In this document: in pieces, positions 61,998 through 64,000 of the stretch | How the letters are laid out: every line of letters starts with the position of its first letter | How positions within the stretch are numbered: the first letter of the stretch is position 1 | Virus record (IMG/VR): IMGVR_UViG_3300028831_000505 | Location: 76 to 64,075 of that record | Strand: one strand, 5' to 3' | Length of the DNA stretch: 64,000 nt | From: a virus | Lineage: Duplodnaviria > Caudoviricetes | Translations under genes and position numbers: made by a program | The notes under the pieces: model-generated | Seen by the model: only the letters and a program-made list of their open reading frames with translations | What the model was told of the DNA's origin: nothing | The model's database searches: none

Positions 61998-62210
61998 ATG
62001 ACTCTTGATCAAGAGATTGAGGCCGTCGATATCCGGATCACGTCGCTAAAGATGAAGAAGATCATGCTCAGGCGCGGAGTCAAAGCGATCCGCTCCAATT
62101 GCCCGCGCCAAGGCTGCGGCGGGGTGCTGCACGCCCAACTGGACAAAAACTCTTACGTGCACATGTCCTGTCAGAACCCGACATGCACTTACCGAGACAT
62201 CGCGCGATGA
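61998..62210 (+). CDS. Zn-ribbon hypothetical protein
   Basis: CPRQGC...CQNPTC. Confidence 0.5.
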   Translation: MTLDQEIEAVDIRITSLKMKKIMLRRGVKAIRSNCPRQGCGGVLHAQLDKNSYVHMSCQNPTCTYRDIAR

Positions 62211-62410
62211 AGCGGGCCGAGACCATTGTCGAAGCCGTGAGGGTGGCGGTGAAGCAATGACCAAGGAAGCGGATAAGGATAAGGGGAAAAAAGGAAGACG
62301 GCGCCGACCGCCCATGTGCGAAGGGTGTGGGGTCAACCGGGCCGATCCGCCCAGCCCCTTGTGCGTCGGCTGCCAAGCCTACGCCGAGCATCAACAATAG
62401 GGAGACTGCG

Positions 62411-62842
62411 GTGAACGAGGCGTGGTGGGATCAGATGGCGGCGGCGCTGCCGGTTATCCAGTCCGTCGTGGTGGATGGGGAGCGGTACAATGTCAGCCAC
62501 GGAATGATCCGCTTCCTTGGCCGCTACTACGAGGTAATTGAGGCCAACGGGGTCATCCTTACCATGAAGGCTGCGCCTCGCGGGATTGAACCCTTGCCCA
62601 ACGAGACTTGGGATATATGGGCTGAGTGGAACTACCAAGGAGACACGCGCTACGCGCATGAGCCGTCGGTTTTCCCCGACCGTCCGGCGGGGCGCTGCGA
62701 ACGCTTTGACGAGGCCTTTCCGACAAGTTGGCCACAGGCACACCCACGCAACATAACCATCGGGGGCATCGTCCGTGGCGGCCTTGCCGCAGTATGGTTT
62801 TGGCTCGTCATGCTTGAGATCGGGAAGGCAGTTTTTAGGTGA
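62411..62842 (+). CDS. hypothetical protein with C-terminal TM helix
   Basis: GGGAG RBS before GTG. Confidence 0.5.
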   Translation: MNEAWWDQMAAALPVIQSVVVDGERYNVSHGMIRFLGRYYEVIEANGVILTMKAAPRGIEPLPNETWDIWAEWNYQGDTRYAHEPSVFPDRPAGRCERFDEAFPTSWPQAHPRNITIGGIVRGGLAAVWFWLVMLEIGKAVFR

Positions 62843-62845
62843 ACC

Positions 62846-63133
62846 ATGCTCTACACCATTGGGCACAAAGCCAGCTACGACGAGTACTTGGCCACGGACA
62901 AGACCCCCATGAAGATGGGGAAGCGCGGTGCGCTGAGGGGTGGGGCGCCCTACCTGGGCGGGGCCGTGTTCCTGACAAAGGCCGAGGCGGAGGCCTTTAT
63001 CAAGAACACACCGCGGCACAATGACGACTTCGCCGTCTATGGCCTTGCCACCACGGCGGAGAACACATGGCAGGTACCGGATGAGCCCTACCGCCGGCTC
63101 ATCCACGATGCGCGCATTGTAAAAGCCGAATAG
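62846..63133 (+). CDS. hypothetical protein
   Basis: AGGTG RBS; 95 aa. Confidence 0.6.
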   Translation: MLYTIGHKASYDEYLATDKTPMKMGKRGALRGGAPYLGGAVFLTKAEAEAFIKNTPRHNDDFAVYGLATTAENTWQVPDEPYRRLIHDARIVKAE

Positions 63134-63144
63134 GGAGAGACAAG

Positions 63145-63474
63145 ATGTCAAGGGATACGACGAAGGCCCTGTTGTGCGTAGGTGGACCGCGCGCCGGGCA
63201 GCGCATGGCCATACTCCACGGTACCGGCTTTTCCGTAGCGGTCAGGCCGGACGTGCCTGAGAACGACCCGGCGCATGCAGACTTCAAACCCAACAGGCAG
63301 GTGACGGAGTTCACCAGCTACCGGGAAGAGATATTTCATGCCCCAGAGGGCGACGTCTCCTTCTGGGTGCCAACCGGGCAGAGCCAGCAGCAGACCATTC
63401 TCATGTTGCTGGAGGTCTACGAGCAGGCCCACATACCCGAGGGCAAGCGCATGCAGGCCCTCTCAAGGGGTTGA
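63145..63474 (+). CDS. hypothetical protein
   Basis: LCVGGPRAG motif common in small phage proteins. Confidence 0.55.
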   Translation: MSRDTTKALLCVGGPRAGQRMAILHGTGFSVAVRPDVPENDPAHADFKPNRQVTEFTSYREEIFHAPEGDVSFWVPTGQSQQQTILMLLEVYEQAHIPEGKRMQALSRG

Positions 63475-63480
63475 GTCCCC

Positions 63481-63660
63481 ATGGCATGGATGAGGGTAAG
63501 CCTACCCAGCAACGAGCGCCAGAGGGACAGGGTTATCCTTCTTTACTGGTGCCCGCACACCCAACGGCTGATAGGCCGCCTTGACGGCACGTGGAAATCC
63601 GGATGGGCGCTCCCAACCGAGTACTACCGCTGGAATCTCGAGAACCAAGGAGGGGAATGA
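63481..63660 (+). CDS. small hypothetical protein (59 aa)
   Basis: MAWMRVSLPS...NQGGE fills the gap exactly. Confidence 0.35.
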   Translation: MAWMRVSLPSNERQRDRVILLYWCPHTQRLIGRLDGTWKSGWALPTEYYRWNLENQGGE

Positions 63661-63876
63661 ATGTCCCGCCACAATAAGCAGCGCAGCTACGGCCACCGCA
63701 TCCAGTATTTTGGAACCAACACCTACCGGGTGTCCTGGGTCGTGGACCGTTACTGCGCGGGCTCACGGCTGCGGTACCCCACAAGCTACAGCCGGGCTAC
63801 CAACAAGGCCGGGGCCATGCGCTTTGCCAAGAAATGGAAGTGCAAGAGCTTTGAAATTGGGGGGAAGACAAAATGA
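63661..63876 (+). CDS. hypothetical protein
   Basis: AAGGAGG RBS. Confidence 0.55.
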   Translation: MSRHNKQRSYGHRIQYFGTNTYRVSWVVDRYCAGSRLRYPTSYSRATNKAGAMRFAKKWKCKSFEIGGKTK

Positions 63877-64000
63877 AAAAGCCCAGACGGCCGTTCTCGG
63901 AAGTAGAGGCCGGCGACAAGTTCAGGAACACCCTGCTGCCCCGGGCCGATGGGAGGGATGGGCATGTCCCATACTTTTATGGTTGGGCCATCATGGACGC
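63873..64000 (+). CDS. hypothetical protein (truncated by the window edge)
   Basis: ATGA overlap; open to the end of the window. Confidence 0.45.
   Translation, partial: MKKPRRPFSEVEAGDKFRNTLLPRADGRDGHVPYFYGWAIMD

Larger units (their letters stand above)
1..64000. mobile_element. Tailed bacteriophage genome segment (siphovirus-like Caudoviricetes)
   Basis: Contiguous phage replication, tail, neck and HK97 capsid modules; dense gene packing with ATGA overlaps; no host housekeeping operons. Confidence 0.97.

Noticed and set aside
1-64000. tRNA, rRNA, integrase/att site, repressor
   Set aside because: No cloverleaf, rRNA-like sequence or recombinase motifs were seen by eye; lifestyle cannot be determined from this window

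Overview
The whole window is part of a GC-rich tailed dsDNA phage genome (siphovirus type: 1166-aa tape measure, tail tube, no sheath). The host is probably an alphaproteobacterium, based on a GcrA-like domain and a host-type P-loop NTPase. Positions 1-28.9 kb (+ strand) hold a nearly self-sufficient replication/recombination module: DnaB helicase, SNF2 helicase, primase, sigma-like factor, DNA methyltransferase, beta-clamp, a UDG-fused family A polymerase, clamp loader, UvsY-like protein, gp32-like SSB, RecA, resolvase and SbcCD, plus a fatty-acid hydroxylase auxiliary gene. Positions 28.9-54.6 kb (- strand) hold lysis/membrane, tail fibre, tail tip, tape measure, tail, neck and HK97-type head genes. 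Positions 55.1-58.7 kb (- strand) are a tightly coupled operon of four glycosyltransferase-like genes and an ATP-grasp ligase. Positions 58.7-64 kb (+ strand) are small accessory genes (SLOG/YspA, HNH, NADAR-like). No terminase, portal, endolysin, integrase, tRNA, rRNA or CRISPR array was recognised. Top observations: (1) a candidate virion glycosylation/aminoacylation system with a Ser/Thr-repeat virion protein as a possible substrate; (2) a shared short linear motif R-x-R-[PVAF]-[RK]-L-(D/E) at the termini or flexible regions of about nine unrelated phage proteins; (3) a stand-alone GcrA DNA-binding domain; (4) an SSB with a roughly 230-aa mixed-charge disordered tail. All family calls are from motif recognition by eye; no database searches were run.
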